Assembly: GCA_031261985.1 (NCBI GenBank)
Contig: JAISIR010000010.1
Coordinates: forward strand, 26,049 to 90,048
Direction: 5' to 3'
DNA: 64,000 nt
From: Clostridiales bacterium
Lineage (GTDB): Bacteria; Bacillota; Clostridia; Monoglobales; WRBX01
In this document: in pieces, positions 26,776 through 36,538 of the stretch
How the letters are laid out: each line of letters starts with the position of its first letter
Position numbering within the stretch: position 1 is the stretch's first letter
Made by a program: the position numbers and the translations under genes
Notes under the pieces: generated by a model
The model's database searches: none
Seen by the model: only the letters and a program-made list of their open reading frames with translations
What the model was told of the DNA's origin: nothing

Positions 26776-27597
26776 CTACCAAATAATGGGGAAGTAGCTA
26801 GCGAACATGTACACGATAGGCGCAACGAATAGAACGCTGTCGACTCTATCGAGTATCCCGCCATGACCAGGGAGTAGCGTGCCAAAATCTTTAATCTGGC
26901 TCTCGCGCTTTATTTTTGATGCGCATAAATCGCCCAATTGGGCCATAGTAGTACACAAAATAGCAAGCACAACAACACTGATATAATTTACGTTAAGCCC
27001 GAACTTGTTTTGAAGTAACATGCCATATAGAACCAAGATAATGACCGTCCCGACAGCACCGCCGATAGACCCCTCGATTGTTTTTTTAGGGCTTACCTCT
27101 TCGTATAATTTATGCTTGCCGCCCCTGCCAAATAACATTCCGCTAAAATAAGCGCAGGCATCGGTTATCCACGCACCAAGTAGCAAAAATATTACTAGGT
27201 ATAAGCCATTGGGCATATCGCGCACTTGAATTATAAACGAAAGGAAGTAGCATATGTAAGTTAAGATGAAAAAGGCGGTTGAGATGCTTTTTAGTTTTAT
27301 CTTAGGGTGCAGGTACAGAATTAAATATAACATAGGAGCAAGCACCAATAGCACTGTAGAAGAGTTTAGTTTAAGCTGAGTGTATTGCTGCAGAATATCG
27401 ACTAACGCATACGCGATGGCGATAGTGTACGCGTACAAAATTAGTGCTTTATTAAATTTGAGTGCTTTGTGAATTTCGTGAATCGCAATTATCATGGCTG
27501 TATAAACTACCAAACGCAAAGCAATTGCTGGCAAGAAAATTAAAACGACAAGTAAAAGAATCGTTCCTGAAATACCTATGATGAGCCTATTTTTCAC
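26776..27597 (-). CDS. cdsA: phosphatidate cytidylyltransferase
   Basis: A polytopic membrane protein with the C-terminal signature SKIKRESQIKDFGTLLPGHGGILDRVDS. It sits in the conserved uppS-cdsA position. Confidence 0.9.
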   Translation of the reverse strand: MKNRLIIGISGTILLLVVLIFLPAIALRLVVYTAMIIAIHEIHKALKFNKALILYAYTIAIAYALVDILQQYTQLKLNSSTVLLVLAPMLYLILYLHPKIKLKSISTAFFILTYICYFLSFIIQVRDMPNGLYLVIFLLLGAWITDACAYFSGMLFGRGGKHKLYEEVSPKKTIEGSIGGAVGTVIILVLYGMLLQNKFGLNVNYISVVVLAILCTTMAQLGDLCASKIKRESQIKDFGTLLPGHGGILDRVDSVLFVAPIVYMFASYFPIIW

Positions 27598-27640
27598 GTG
27601 TACTTTCCTTTCGTTTTAAGTAACCGCTGAATAACTCCCG

Positions 27641-27770
27641 TTTGTGCTTTTTGCGTAAAATTCCGTTTTAGCGTGTCAGCCTCGAAAAGCAGGCGCCAGC
27701 CTTGCCTTTCTCGTTTCCTTCTAAAACAAAATTTTACCTCAAAAATCCCTAAACGCGAGTTAATCAGCGA
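27641..27770. repeat. C-type intergenic repeat, copy 2 (between uppS and cdsA)
   Basis: See 16141-16270: the same order of conserved blocks, in the same plus-strand orientation. Confidence 0.7.
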
Positions 27771-27807
27771 TTCCTTGAATTTTAGTTGGATTTTGAATTG
27801 GCAAGGT

Positions 27808-28506
27808 TTACACTCCACCCTTGCGAATATTGCGAGTGGTATACTCTTCAAAAGCATTTATAAGGCAAGTTTCGTCAAAATCGGGCCAAAGAGTATCGGT
27901 AAATACATACTCGCTATAAGCGCTCTGCCATAGCAAAAAGTTAGAAATCCGCTCTTCTCCGCTTGTCCTGATGATTAAATCGACATTAGGAATTTCGCTT
28001 GCGTATAGGTAATGGGCAAAATCATCTTCGGTTAATTGGTCAATTTTATCTAGATTGTTTAGCGCGCCATCATGCGACATTTTTTTAACCGCGTCTACAA
28101 TTTCACGGCGTCCGCCATAATTTAGGGCTATGTAAAGGGTCATAGGGTTATTTTTTGTGGCTTGCTCGGCTTTATCGATGGCTGCTATTAATTGAGGGCT
28201 TAAACCATCGCGCGTGCCGATAGTTTTAATGCGTACCTTCCTATCACCAAGCTCCTCTGCAAAATTGACGATATGTTTAGATAAAAGCTTCATTAAATGG
28301 TCTACTTCTAACTTAGGGCGGTTCCAATTCTCGGTAGAAAAAGCGTAGACTATTAGGTTTTTCACGCCGATATCGTAGCACTTTTTGGCTATGGTGCGCA
28401 AGGTTTCGACGCCTTTAGTATGCCCAGCGGTGCGCGAAAGTCCACGCATTTTAGCCCATCTTCCGTTGCCGTCCATTATTATTCCTACTGTTTCAGGAAT
28501 CTTCAC
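27808..28506 (-). CDS. uppS: isoprenyl transferase (undecaprenyl diphosphate synthase)
   Basis: IIMDGNGRWA ... LIIRTSGEERISNFLLWQSAYSE are canonical cis-prenyltransferase motifs. Confidence 0.95.
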   Translation of the reverse strand: MKIPETVGIIMDGNGRWAKMRGLSRTAGHTKGVETLRTIAKKCYDIGVKNLIVYAFSTENWNRPKLEVDHLMKLLSKHIVNFAEELGDRKVRIKTIGTRDGLSPQLIAAIDKAEQATKNNPMTLYIALNYGGRREIVDAVKKMSHDGALNNLDKIDQLTEDDFAHYLYASEIPNVDLIIRTSGEERISNFLLWQSAYSEYVFTDTLWPDFDETCLINAFEEYTTRNIRKGGV

Positions 28507-28582
28507 AATTATTACACTCCATAGTTTTGTATAAATGGATAAATAGATAATTCAAAAAAGAATTATCTATCATTATTTATTT

Positions 28583-29128
28583 CTAATTTTCCATAATCTC
28601 TTTTTCTTTTTTTGCAACGATATCGTCGACTTCTTTGATACGTTTATCGGTTACATTTTGGATATCTTTTTCTGAATCCTTTAACTCATCCTCGGTAATT
28701 TCCTTAGCTTTAAGTTGCTTTTTAAGCTCATCTATTGCCTCGCGCCTAACATTACGGATGCGAACTTTAGACTTCTCGCCCTCGGCACTTACCTGCTTTG
28801 CAACATCGCGGCGACGTTCTTCGGTTAAAGGAGGGAAATTAAGGCGGATTACCTTGCCATCGTTATTGGGCGACATTCCTAAATCACTTTTGGCAATCGC
28901 TTTCTCAATTTCGCCTAAAATTCCTGCATCATAAGGTTGAATCATTAGCGTTCTAGGTTCAGGGACAGAAACATTGCCTAGTTGCGTTATGGGTGTAGGA
29001 ACGCCATAGTAATCTACTTTAACGGGCTCGATAACGGCTGGGTTAGCCCTGCCTACCCTTAGCGCACCAAGTTCGTGGATAAGGTAATCAATAGCATCGG
29101 TCATCTTTTTTTCGATAGAACTATCCAT
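28583..29128 (-). CDS. frr: ribosome recycling factor
   Basis: 181 aa with typical RRF sequence (LGALRVGRANPAVIEPVKVDYYG; RNVRREAIDELKK). It sits in the conserved pyrH-frr position. Confidence 0.95.
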   Translation of the reverse strand: MDSSIEKKMTDAIDYLIHELGALRVGRANPAVIEPVKVDYYGVPTPITQLGNVSVPEPRTLMIQPYDAGILGEIEKAIAKSDLGMSPNNDGKVIRLNFPPLTEERRRDVAKQVSAEGEKSKVRIRNVRREAIDELKKQLKAKEITEDELKDSEKDIQNVTDKRIKEVDDIVAKKEKEIMEN

Positions 29129-29156
29129 ATAAAATCACCCTTTGATTATATAAAAT

Positions 29157-29276
29157 ACGCTTCGTCGGAGTAAATCCAACTTCGCTTCTAATTTATCATA
29201 AATAAGCTTCGTCGGAATAAATCCGACTTCGCTTCTAAAGTTATTATGATATTTTTGCGGACAAGCTCGCAAAAAT
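29157..29276 (-). repeat. A-type structured intergenic repeat (one extra hairpin-1 module plus a full unit), frr/pyrH gap
   Basis: acgcttcGTCGGAgtaaaTCCAACttcgcttc; then agcttcGTCGGAataaaTCCGACttcgcttctaaag...TTTTTGCGgacaagctCGCAAAAA. Confidence 0.8.
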
Positions 29277-29297
29277 TTATTAATCATTACACTAAAT

Positions 29298-30020
29298 TTA
29301 CTCACTATCGGGGCTGCTTACCATTGTTCCTACATCTTCGCCCATAACAGCTTTGTAGATATTCTCAGGATTATTTAAACCGAAAACAAGAATCGGCATT
29401 TTATTATCCATGCAAAGTGAGGTAGCAGTTGAGTCCATAACTCCTAACCCTTTATTAAGCACATCTAGGTAGTTAATGGCGTCAAACCTGACAGCATCGG
29501 AGTTAACATGAGGGTCAGAATCGTACACTCCGTCTACCTTTTTAGCAAGGAGTATAAGCTCGGCATCAATTTCGGCGGCACGTAAAGCTGCGGCTGTGTC
29601 GGTAGAGAAAAACGGGTTGCCGGTGCCACAAGCAAATATAACTGCGCGACCTTTTTTTAGGTGCCTAACCGCTTTGTTGCGGATATAAGGCTCGGCTATA
29701 GCACGCATTTCGATACCTGTTTGCACGCGAGTTTCGATACCCCGATGCTCAAGCGCATCTTGAAGTGCCAAAGAATTTATAACTGTAGCAAGCATTCCCA
29801 TGTGGTCGGCACGTGTTCTATCCATATGCACGCCGCTTCTGCCACGCCAAAAGTTGCCGCCGCCAACAACAATAGCAACGTTAACGCCAATATCTATGCA
29901 ACGTTTAATTTGGTCGGTAATTTTAGAGATAACTTCTTCGTCTAAGCCAAAGCCAGTTTTGCCAGCTAAAGCCTCGCCGCTAATTTTTAGCACAACGCGT
30001 TTGTATTTAGGGTTGCTCAT
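29298..30020 (-). CDS. pyrH: UMP kinase
   Basis: [12 protein letters not shown]...[10 protein letters not shown] is the canonical PyrH pattern. Confidence 0.95.
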   Translation of the reverse strand: MSNPKYKRVVLKISGEALAGKTGFGLDEEVISKITDQIKRCIDIGVNVAIVVGGGNFWRGRSGVHMDRTRADHMGMLATVINSLALQDALEHRGIETRVQTGIEMRAIAEPYIRNKAVRHLKKGRAVIFACGTGNPFFSTDTAAALRAAEIDAELILLAKKVDGVYDSDPHVNSDAVRFDAINYLDVLNKGLGVMDSTATSLCMDNKMPILVFGLNNPENIYKAVMGEDVGTMVSSPDSE

Positions 30021-30053
30021 ATAAATAATTCACTCCGAATTTAACTTTATAAA

Positions 30054-30239
30054 TACGCTGCGGCGCGAATGAATCGCACCTTCGCTCGTCGCAACTGCTT
30101 CACTTGGCTTGTTTATGCAAAAAATCACAAAAACGTCGCTTTTGTTCCGCGTTGCTCCTCTTATCCCACAAAACGGAAATCGCATTTTGTGGGAACCCTT
30201 TTGTTATTTGGATATTTTTGCGGACAAGCTCGCAAAAAT
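30054..30239 (-). repeat. composite A-type repeat with a B-type element inserted between its two hairpins (pyrH/tsf gap)
   Basis: A hairpin 1 (GGCGCGAatgaaTCGCACC), then a B block (cgtcgcaact...CCCACAAAAcggaaatcgcaTTTTGTGGG), then A hairpin 2 (TTTTTGCGgacaagctCGCAAAAA). Confidence 0.8.
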
Positions 30240-30270
30240 CTATTTCTTTATTAACTATTTTGCCGATGGA

Positions 30271-30912
30271 TTATAACATAGATGCAACTTCGTCAGCAAA
30301 ATTATCCTCGCGTTTTTCTAACCCTTCGCCACACTCAAACCTAACAAAACGACGAACGTTCATATTCTCGCCAACTTTTGCTATTTTTTCGGTAACTAAT
30401 TGCCCAACAGTGATATCTGGATTTTTAACAAAAGGTTGTTCTAGCAGGCAAATTTCTTTATAGAATTTGTCTATTCTGCCATTAACAATTTTCTCGGCGA
30501 TAGCCTCTGGCTTACCTTCGTTCATAGTTTGAGTTTTAAGAACTTCGCGCTCATGTTCTACTTCTTCTTCTGGGACTTCTTCACGACGGACATATTTAGG
30601 ATTAATTGCTGCAATGTGCATAGCAATATCGTGAGCAAGCTCTTGAACTTCAGCATTTTTAGCGGCAAAATCGGTCTCGGTATTAAACTCTAGCAAAACA
30701 CCAATTCGTGTTCCGTGGATATAAGACATAATTAAGCCTTCGCTTGCGATTCTGTCTGCCTTTTTAGCAGCTTTTGCAATGCCTTTTTCGCGCAGATAGT
30801 CGACGGCTTTATCCATATCTCCATTACTTTCGGTTAATGCTTTTTTACAATCCATCATTCCGCAACCTGTCATCTTGCGTAAATCGTTAACTAATGCAGC
30901 TGTAACTGCCAT
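30271..30912 (-). CDS. tsf: translation elongation factor Ts
   Basis: [26 protein letters not shown] is the canonical EF-Ts N-terminus. The ATG at 30912 follows RBS AGGAGAA; the longer ORF to 30996 runs into repeat DNA. Confidence 0.95.
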   Translation of the reverse strand: MAVTAALVNDLRKMTGCGMMDCKKALTESNGDMDKAVDYLREKGIAKAAKKADRIASEGLIMSYIHGTRIGVLLEFNTETDFAAKNAEVQELAHDIAMHIAAINPKYVRREEVPEEEVEHEREVLKTQTMNEGKPEAIAEKIVNGRIDKFYKEICLLEQPFVKNPDITVGQLVTEKIAKVGENMNVRRFVRFECGEGLEKREDNFADEVASML

Positions 30913-30988
30913 AGGTATTCTCCTTTTCTGGGTTAAATCGTTAAAACCTGCTAAACCGCTTTGCTTTTTTCCAATGTCGGCTCGGCAT

Positions 30989-31099
30989 CGTCGCAACTAA
31001 TTTCGCTATGCTTGTTTTGCTAAAGACGCAAAACTACGCCAACGCTCCATTTGTTGCTCCTTATTCCCACAAAACAAGAATCGTGTTTTGCGGGAGCCC
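30989..31099 (-). repeat. B-type intergenic repeat (tsf/rpsB gap)
   Basis: cgtcgcaact...gcttgtttt...ttgttgctccttattCCCACAAAAcaagaatcgtgTTTTGCGGGagccc parallels the insert in 30054-30239. Confidence 0.75.
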
Positions 31100-31188
31100 T
31101 CTATGCCCTTCGCCTCCATTGAAAAAATTTATCTAGCTTTTAACGCTTTAATAATTTATTTGTATTTTTATTTGTTTTATTTGTATAA

Positions 31189-32010
31189 TTACTCTACTAT
31201 TTGAGGTAAAATTTTCTCTTTTTTAGGAGCAGCTTTAGGTGCTTGCTCTTTAACCTCGGCAGGTGTCGCAACGTTATTGTTTGCGCTTGCTGCAGGTGTC
31301 GCTTTTGGTTCGGCTGGCATATCTATCATGCCCTCTTTAGCCTCTACAACTGCGTTGGCAACGGTATCTACAATTAGTTTAACCGCGCGGATAGCATCGT
31401 CATTTGCAGGGATAACATAATCTGCATCGTCTGGGTCGCAATTAGTATCTACAATTGCAACAACAGGGATATTTAGCTTGCGCGCCTCTTTAATTGCAAT
31501 ATGCTCTTTACGAGGGTCTACAACAAAAATTGCGCCAGGCAAATTCTTCATTTCTTTAATTCCGCCAAGGTACTTCTCTAGCTTAGCTTTTTCGTTTTTT
31601 AAATTAATTACTTCTTTTTTAGGAAGCAGATTAAATGTACCTTCTTCTTCCATTTTATCAAGCTGGAAAATTCTGTCGATACGTCTGCGAATTGTTTTAA
31701 AGTTAGTTAGCATTCCGCCTAACCAACGCGCATTAACATAAAACATGCTAGAACGCTCGGCTGCTGATTGAATAGCCTCTTGCGCTTGTTTTTTAGTGCC
31801 AACAAATAGAATGTTCTTGCCTTCTGCAACACAATCGCGGATAAAGCCATACGCTTCGTCAATTTTTTTAGAAGTTTTTTGTAGGTCGATGATATAAATA
31901 CCATTACGCTCGGTAAAAATATACTCGCTCATTTTAGGGTTCCACCTGCGCGTTTGATGCCCAAAGTGTACGCCTGCTTCTAGTAATTGCTTCATTTGAA
32001 CTACTGCCAT
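31189..32010 (-). CDS. rpsB: 30S ribosomal protein S2
   Basis: [27 protein letters not shown]. The ATG at 32010 follows RBS AGGAGGA. The C-terminal tail is A/P/K-rich. Confidence 0.95.
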   Translation of the reverse strand: MAVVQMKQLLEAGVHFGHQTRRWNPKMSEYIFTERNGIYIIDLQKTSKKIDEAYGFIRDCVAEGKNILFVGTKKQAQEAIQSAAERSSMFYVNARWLGGMLTNFKTIRRRIDRIFQLDKMEEEGTFNLLPKKEVINLKNEKAKLEKYLGGIKEMKNLPGAIFVVDPRKEHIAIKEARKLNIPVVAIVDTNCDPDDADYVIPANDDAIRAVKLIVDTVANAVVEAKEGMIDMPAEPKATPAASANNNVATPAEVKEQAPKAAPKKEKILPQIVE

Positions 32011-32226
32011 AAATATTTTCCTCCTATTGTTTTTGCAAGTTGCGTTATTCACGAGTTGCACAAAATATTGTGCAATACCCTAGTTAAAACGCCCTCGCCA
32101 CTGACGAAATAGAAACTTAAAAATTTTTAAGCAACAAGAAATTTTTCGTCTGTTTAATTTAACCTATAATATTTTACCACAAGATTAGTATGAAGTCAAG
32201 CTTTTTTTGATTTGAATTACATTTAA

Positions 32227-32301
32227 TACGCTTCGGCGCGAATAAATCGCACCTTCGCTTCTAAAGTTATTTAGATGTTTTTGGCGACAAGCTGCCAAAA
32301 A
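32227..32301 (-). repeat. A-type structured intergenic repeat (ydcF-like/rpsB gap)
   Basis: acgcttcGGCGCGAataaaTCGCACCttcgcttctaaag...TTTTTGGCgacaagctGCCAAAAA. Confidence 0.8.
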
Positions 32302-32313
32302 CTTGTTTCCATA

Positions 32314-33057
32314 CTAAATCCCAACTATCCAAGTTTTGACCACTGCCACGCATTCGCGCAAATAGTTAAGCGGAGTAATATACCACTCGGTTTTAGCACC
32401 GATATATTTAGCATCTAGCCCTATTTTTTTAGCCAGAATCATGGCGCGGTACGCATGAAAATCGTTTGTAATTACTACTACTTTATAGTTATTTGCGCCA
32501 AAAACATTATCTAAAATTTGCTTGCTATAGTTTAAGTTTTCGTAAGTCGAGGTGGCTTTTTCTTCCAATATAATAGAATCTTCCGCTACTCCACGAGTCG
32601 TCAAATACTTTTGCATAGCGCGCGCCTCGGTTATATCCTCTTGCAAACCTTGAGCTCCCGAGACTACTATTTTTGCGTTTGGGTTATGTTTTGCATAATC
32701 TATAGCTTCATCTAGCCTGCGAGCCAAGGGAATAGTTACCTGCTCGCCCCTGATGCCCGCGCCTAACACAATAACCGCATCTTGGGTATAATCGGTTGTT
32801 TTTAAGTTACCATAAACCGCCAAAAATGTAGCAAGCGATGTAGCTGCTAGCATAATTATTATTAATGCAATTAAGATAGGCTTATGCGATATTACAAAAT
32901 GCAAGCAAATGCCTAAACATATTATGCCCAAACTTAAAATTGCACAGGCAATAATGCCAAAGTTAAAGTTAGTTATGGTTGCCATTAACATGGTATAACC
33001 AAGGAAAATTAAGCCGATGGCAATTATTATTAGTTTAACGGTTTTCATATAATTCAC
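32314..33057 (-). CDS. YdcF/ElyC (DUF218) family membrane protein
   Basis: N-terminal TM helices are followed by the DUF218 pattern AVIVLGAGIRG...VVSGAQG...EARAM..YL...ATSTYEN. Confidence 0.8.
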   Translation of the reverse strand: MNYMKTVKLIIIAIGLIFLGYTMLMATITNFNFGIIACAILSLGIICLGICLHFVISHKPILIALIIIMLAATSLATFLAVYGNLKTTDYTQDAVIVLGAGIRGEQVTIPLARRLDEAIDYAKHNPNAKIVVSGAQGLQEDITEARAMQKYLTTRGVAEDSIILEEKATSTYENLNYSKQILDNVFGANNYKVVVITNDFHAYRAMILAKKIGLDAKYIGAKTEWYITPLNYLRECVAVVKTWIVGI

Positions 33058-33077
33058 TCATTCTTTTAAGCGCGACA

Positions 33078-34031
33078 TTACAAAATGCGTTTATGGAAAG
33101 GTCTGCGCCAGGAATACCCAAGGCGTTTGAAATTAATTTTAAGACTATTAAAAAAACTTTTTTTAGGCTTAAAACGTTTGATAAGTTTTTTGCGAGTTTG
33201 AAGTCCTTCTTTTACTCCGCGAAAATATACATCATGCAGGCGATTTTTTCTATACCGTCGCAACATTTTTTCGCGTCCGCGATTGATAAAATACCCGTGC
33301 CAAAACCTGCTCCAGGCTGATAAATTTTTATAAATAGTCCATACGTTATTACGCGCTTCTAGGCGAACATAGGTATCATCTACCGCCTCGGCATTTGCAC
33401 CTAGGCGATACACAAGCGATTCGGGACATAGGATTGTTTTGTAGCCCGCACGCCAACCGCGCCACGAGATATCGATATCTTGCCAAACATTAAAGTAGTG
33501 CTCGTCATATCCGTTTAAGTTAAGGAATATTTTTTTGTTATATAGCGCGCCAGACATAGGTGCTGCAAACACGCGCTTAGGCTTTAATTTTGCTACCTTT
33601 TTACCGCCATACATGCCAAACGCCATGCCACCCAAGGTGTACCCATACCCCGCTTGCTTTGCAACGGCTAAGTTATGAGGATACACAAGCACAGGGCAAA
33701 CAGAAAAAATGGTAGGGTCGGCATCGGCTACTTTTAACATGCTCTCGAGCCAGGTTTTTTCTACAACTGTATCGGGCAGCACGATGCAAATATACTCGCA
33801 ATTTGTTTTAACGGCTACATTATTTACTACCACGCCGATGCCCTTATTCTCGGTATTGGTAATCACTTCTACCTTAGGGAATTTCTCGGTTACAAGGGCG
33901 ACACTATCGTCCATAGAAGCGTTATCTATAAAAGTAATTTTAAAATCTTTATACGTTTGGTTTTGAATAGAATCCAAGCATTTTTCTAAAGTTTTTTCGC
34001 CATTTGTATTTGGCAAAATTATATGAACCAT
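33078..34031 (-). CDS. family 2 glycosyltransferase
   Basis: The GT-A pattern ILPNTNGEKTLEKCLDSIQNQTY...FIDNASMDDS is present. The ATG at 34031 follows RBS AAAGGGG. Confidence 0.85.
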   Translation of the reverse strand: MVHIILPNTNGEKTLEKCLDSIQNQTYKDFKITFIDNASMDDSVALVTEKFPKVEVITNTENKGIGVVVNNVAVKTNCEYICIVLPDTVVEKTWLESMLKVADADPTIFSVCPVLVYPHNLAVAKQAGYGYTLGGMAFGMYGGKKVAKLKPKRVFAAPMSGALYNKKIFLNLNGYDEHYFNVWQDIDISWRGWRAGYKTILCPESLVYRLGANAEAVDDTYVRLEARNNVWTIYKNLSAWSRFWHGYFINRGREKMLRRYRKNRLHDVYFRGVKEGLQTRKKLIKRFKPKKSFFNSLKINFKRLGYSWRRPFHKRIL

Positions 34032-34062
34032 ATTTACGCCCCTTTTTCGATTTTTCATAAAA

Positions 34063-34138
34063 ACACGCTTCGGCGTGAATGAATCACGCCTGCGCTTCTA
34101 AAGATAATATGGTATTTTCGGCGACAAGCTGCCGAAAA
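34063..34138 (-). repeat. A-type structured intergenic repeat (UPF0104/GT2 gap)
   Basis: acgcttcGGCGTGAatgaaTCACGCCtgcgcttctaaag...TTTTCGGCgacaagctGCCGAAAA. Confidence 0.8.
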
Positions 34139-34150
34139 TCTGTTTTTATT

Positions 34151-35209
34151 TTAGTCTTGAAGCTTAGTTTTATCGTTAATGTTTATCCCCTCTTTTGCGA
34201 TAATAACAAACCCAGTTATAGTAATAGGGATATATTGTACCATGTGAAGCACTAGCGACATTGCCATTGCGTGGCTAGGCTCTGCTCCGAACATTATGAA
34301 TCCTTGTTGCGCCGCTGCTTCTAGCGTTCCAAAATTACCGGGCGCGGCAGGGATAATGATGACTAGATTTATTAACACAACAATTAGTAGTGACATTAAA
34401 AGTTGGTATTGCATGCCAAAAGCGTAGCTTATAATTAGCACAGTTAAAAACTCGATAAACCATATGCAAAAGGAATATCCTATAACTTTTGCTAGTTGAG
34501 GCATCGATTTTATGCAATTAAAACCATCTACAATATTATCTATAAAGTTTCGTGCAAATTTAGGGACGATTTTTTCGATTAGTTTTTTATTTTTGGCAAT
34601 TAGAACTAGAACTATTAAGCCGACAACCAAGCAGGCTGCAAGGATAGAGGTGTACGCCCAAGATAGCACTTGATGGAAAATCATAACCAGACAAAGCAGC
34701 ACAAAAAGGGTGACGACATCTATAACTCGCTCGATTATAACGGTGCTAAAAAGCATGGCTTTGCTTGCGTTTAGTCGCACGCCGGCGAATGCGCCACGAA
34801 GGATATCGCCGATTCTGAGCGGAAGGATGTTATTAGTTGCGTAGCCCATTGCAAGTGGCGCGAAAACATTGTACATGGTTGCTTTTTTACGCGTGGTTAT
34901 ATTTGAAGTTGCGTTTGAGGATGCGTTTAAATTTTCATCGTTGGAGGTTGCGTTTTGCGATAAATCGTTAGGCACAGATTCTTTCGATTCATCGCTAACA
35001 TTTAAGTTTGGGAGCATAAGCTCGCGCCAACGCAAAGTTCTAAAATAGAAGCCAGAGAAATGAACAAGCATTCCAAGAACTACAATTAAATACTGGGCTT
35101 GCGATAGTGCATTTTTAAACTCTACCCAATTTATATTTTTAAATAGCCAAAACAGTAGCAGAATGCTGATTATAATGCCAAGTATACTTACCAGAGTTTT
35201 TTTATTCAT
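34151..35209 (-). CDS. flippase-like / lysylphosphatidylglycerol-synthase TM-region (UPF0104) membrane protein
   Basis: A polytopic membrane protein with a conserved RWR.L motif after TM2 and the PAAPGNFGTLEAA motif. It carries an N/S-rich low-complexity loop insertion. Confidence 0.75.
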   Translation of the reverse strand: MNKKTLVSILGIIISILLLFWLFKNINWVEFKNALSQAQYLIVVLGMLVHFSGFYFRTLRWRELMLPNLNVSDESKESVPNDLSQNATSNDENLNASSNATSNITTRKKATMYNVFAPLAMGYATNNILPLRIGDILRGAFAGVRLNASKAMLFSTVIIERVIDVVTLFVLLCLVMIFHQVLSWAYTSILAACLVVGLIVLVLIAKNKKLIEKIVPKFARNFIDNIVDGFNCIKSMPQLAKVIGYSFCIWFIEFLTVLIISYAFGMQYQLLMSLLIVVLINLVIIIPAAPGNFGTLEAAAQQGFIMFGAEPSHAMAMSLVLHMVQYIPITITGFVIIAKEGININDKTKLQD

Positions 35210-35255
35210 ACGTAACCTCTTTATTTTCTTTAGTTGAAATCATTTGGATATCCAC

Positions 35256-35705
35256 TTAAATTTCTATATTAGCAAAAGCATTTTCGACATCTTCCTGCTC
35301 ATTTGCATCAAATAATAGCTCAATTTTATCGTCGGAGGTTGTGATTAGTTTTGGATATATATTGCTATTTTTTAGGGCTTTGTAAATTTTAGCCGCCACG
35401 CCAGAAGTCGTCATAAACTTAGAGCTTTGCAAGACAAATTTGGTGTTATCGGCGTTAATTTCTACCAATAAATTAGGGTGTTTGCTTTTAAGCTCGCCTA
35501 TTGTGGCAACAACCTTTGGCACTTCGTCGTTGTTCGTGGTAAAGATTACCGCAATTTTATCTTTATATGGCAAAGTTTGGCTTATCATATCAACAACTAT
35601 TTTATTATCACCAATTGCGCTCCAAACTTCGCTGACGGCAACAATATCGTTGGGGATATTATCTAAAATTATTAAAGTTTCATCTTTTATAGTAGTAATA
35701 TTCAT
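35256..35705 (-). CDS. ACT-domain protein (aspartokinase regulatory-domain-like)
   Basis: 149 aa with a two-ACT-like layout (VSEVWSAIGDNKIVVDMISQT ... GVAAKIYKALKNSNI). It lies next to the dapB-dapA-asd genes. Confidence 0.6.
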   Translation of the reverse strand: MNITTIKDETLIILDNIPNDIVAVSEVWSAIGDNKIVVDMISQTLPYKDKIAVIFTTNNDEVPKVVATIGELKSKHPNLLVEINADNTKFVLQSSKFMTTSGVAAKIYKALKNSNIYPKLITTSDDKIELLFDANEQEDVENAFANIEI

Positions 35706-35734
35706 GGTATCGCCTCGTTTTTTCTCTTAAAAAT

Positions 35735-36505
35735 CTAGCAAGTGCCGCTAACTAAATCGCTCATTGCATAAATGCCCGTTGGTTTACCCGCAATAAATTC
35801 ACCTGCACGCAAGGCTCCGTTAGCAAAAACTTCGCGGCTGTTTGCGCTGTGGGTAAGTTCGATATTCTCGTTGTTCCCTGCAAATAAAATAGTATGCTCG
35901 CCCACTATAGTCCCACCACGGATGGAAGACATGCCGATTTCTGAGGTATCACGTTTTGCGCGGCGCGAATGACGGTCGAACACCAAGTGCGAGTCAATCT
36001 CATTGTTTCGCACGCTCATAATTTCGTCGGCAAGCAAGACAGCGGTGCCAGATGGCGCATCGAGTTTTTGGTTGTGGTGCCTCTCGATAATTTCGATATC
36101 GTAATCTAGCCCTAGAACCTTAGTCGCCTGTTTGGCTAGGTTGGCAAGAAGGCTTATACCTAGCGACATATTAAATGAAAAGAAAATAGTGGCGTTTTGG
36201 CTAGCTTCTTTAATCTGCTCGACCTGTTCGGCGGTGTAGCCCGTTGTAGCAAGCACAAGGGGGATTGAATTTTTAGTAGAGAACTCCAGCAATCCGTTTA
36301 GTGAGCTAGGGTTAGAAAAATCGATAATACAATCGGCATCGTTCGGAGCGTCAGAAATATGTTGCACAATTTTAAAGGCAGAGTCGTTGACGCAAAATTG
36401 ATGGTCGACGCCGCAAACAATGTTATATTTAGGACTTTCGCTAGCTAGGCGCGTTATTGTTTTGCCCATGCGCCCACAGCAACCAGATAGAATTATGTTG
36501 GTCAT
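35735..36505 (-). CDS. dapB: 4-hydroxy-tetrahydrodipicolinate reductase
   Basis: GCCGRMG (NAD fold) and ERHHNQKLDAPSGTA are DapB signatures. The ATG at 36505 was chosen; the longer ORF runs into repeat DNA. Confidence 0.92.
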   Translation of the reverse strand: MTNIILSGCCGRMGKTITRLASESPKYNIVCGVDHQFCVNDSAFKIVQHISDAPNDADCIIDFSNPSSLNGLLEFSTKNSIPLVLATTGYTAEQVEQIKEASQNATIFFSFNMSLGISLLANLAKQATKVLGLDYDIEIIERHHNQKLDAPSGTAVLLADEIMSVRNNEIDSHLVFDRHSRRAKRDTSEIGMSSIRGGTIVGEHTILFAGNNENIELTHSANSREVFANGALRAGEFIAGKPTGIYAMSDLVSGTC

Positions 36506-36538
36506 GTTATTTTTTCCTTTTGTTCTATTGTATAAAAG

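Noticed and set aside
27594-27857. 87-aa minus-strand ORF between cdsA and uppS.
   Set aside because: It lies entirely on C-type repeat DNA and overlaps the uppS 3' end. It has no RBS, and its sequence is similar to non-coding DNA at 16141-16270.
30069-30463. Plus-strand ORFs of 61 and 119 aa in the pyrH/tsf gap.
   Set aside because: They are made of A/B-type repeat DNA and run antisense into tsf. The same repeats occur in other gaps in different frames.
30913-32061. Longer N-terminal extensions suggested by the ORF track for tsf (to 30996) and rpsB (to 32061). The same applies to dapB (36541), asd (38566), hsdM (55062), the GNAT gene (3664) and the 58499 ORF.
   Set aside because: In each case an internal ATG preceded by a good Shine-Dalgarno sequence gives the canonical conserved N-terminus. 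The extensions run into repeat, promoter or upstream-gene DNA.
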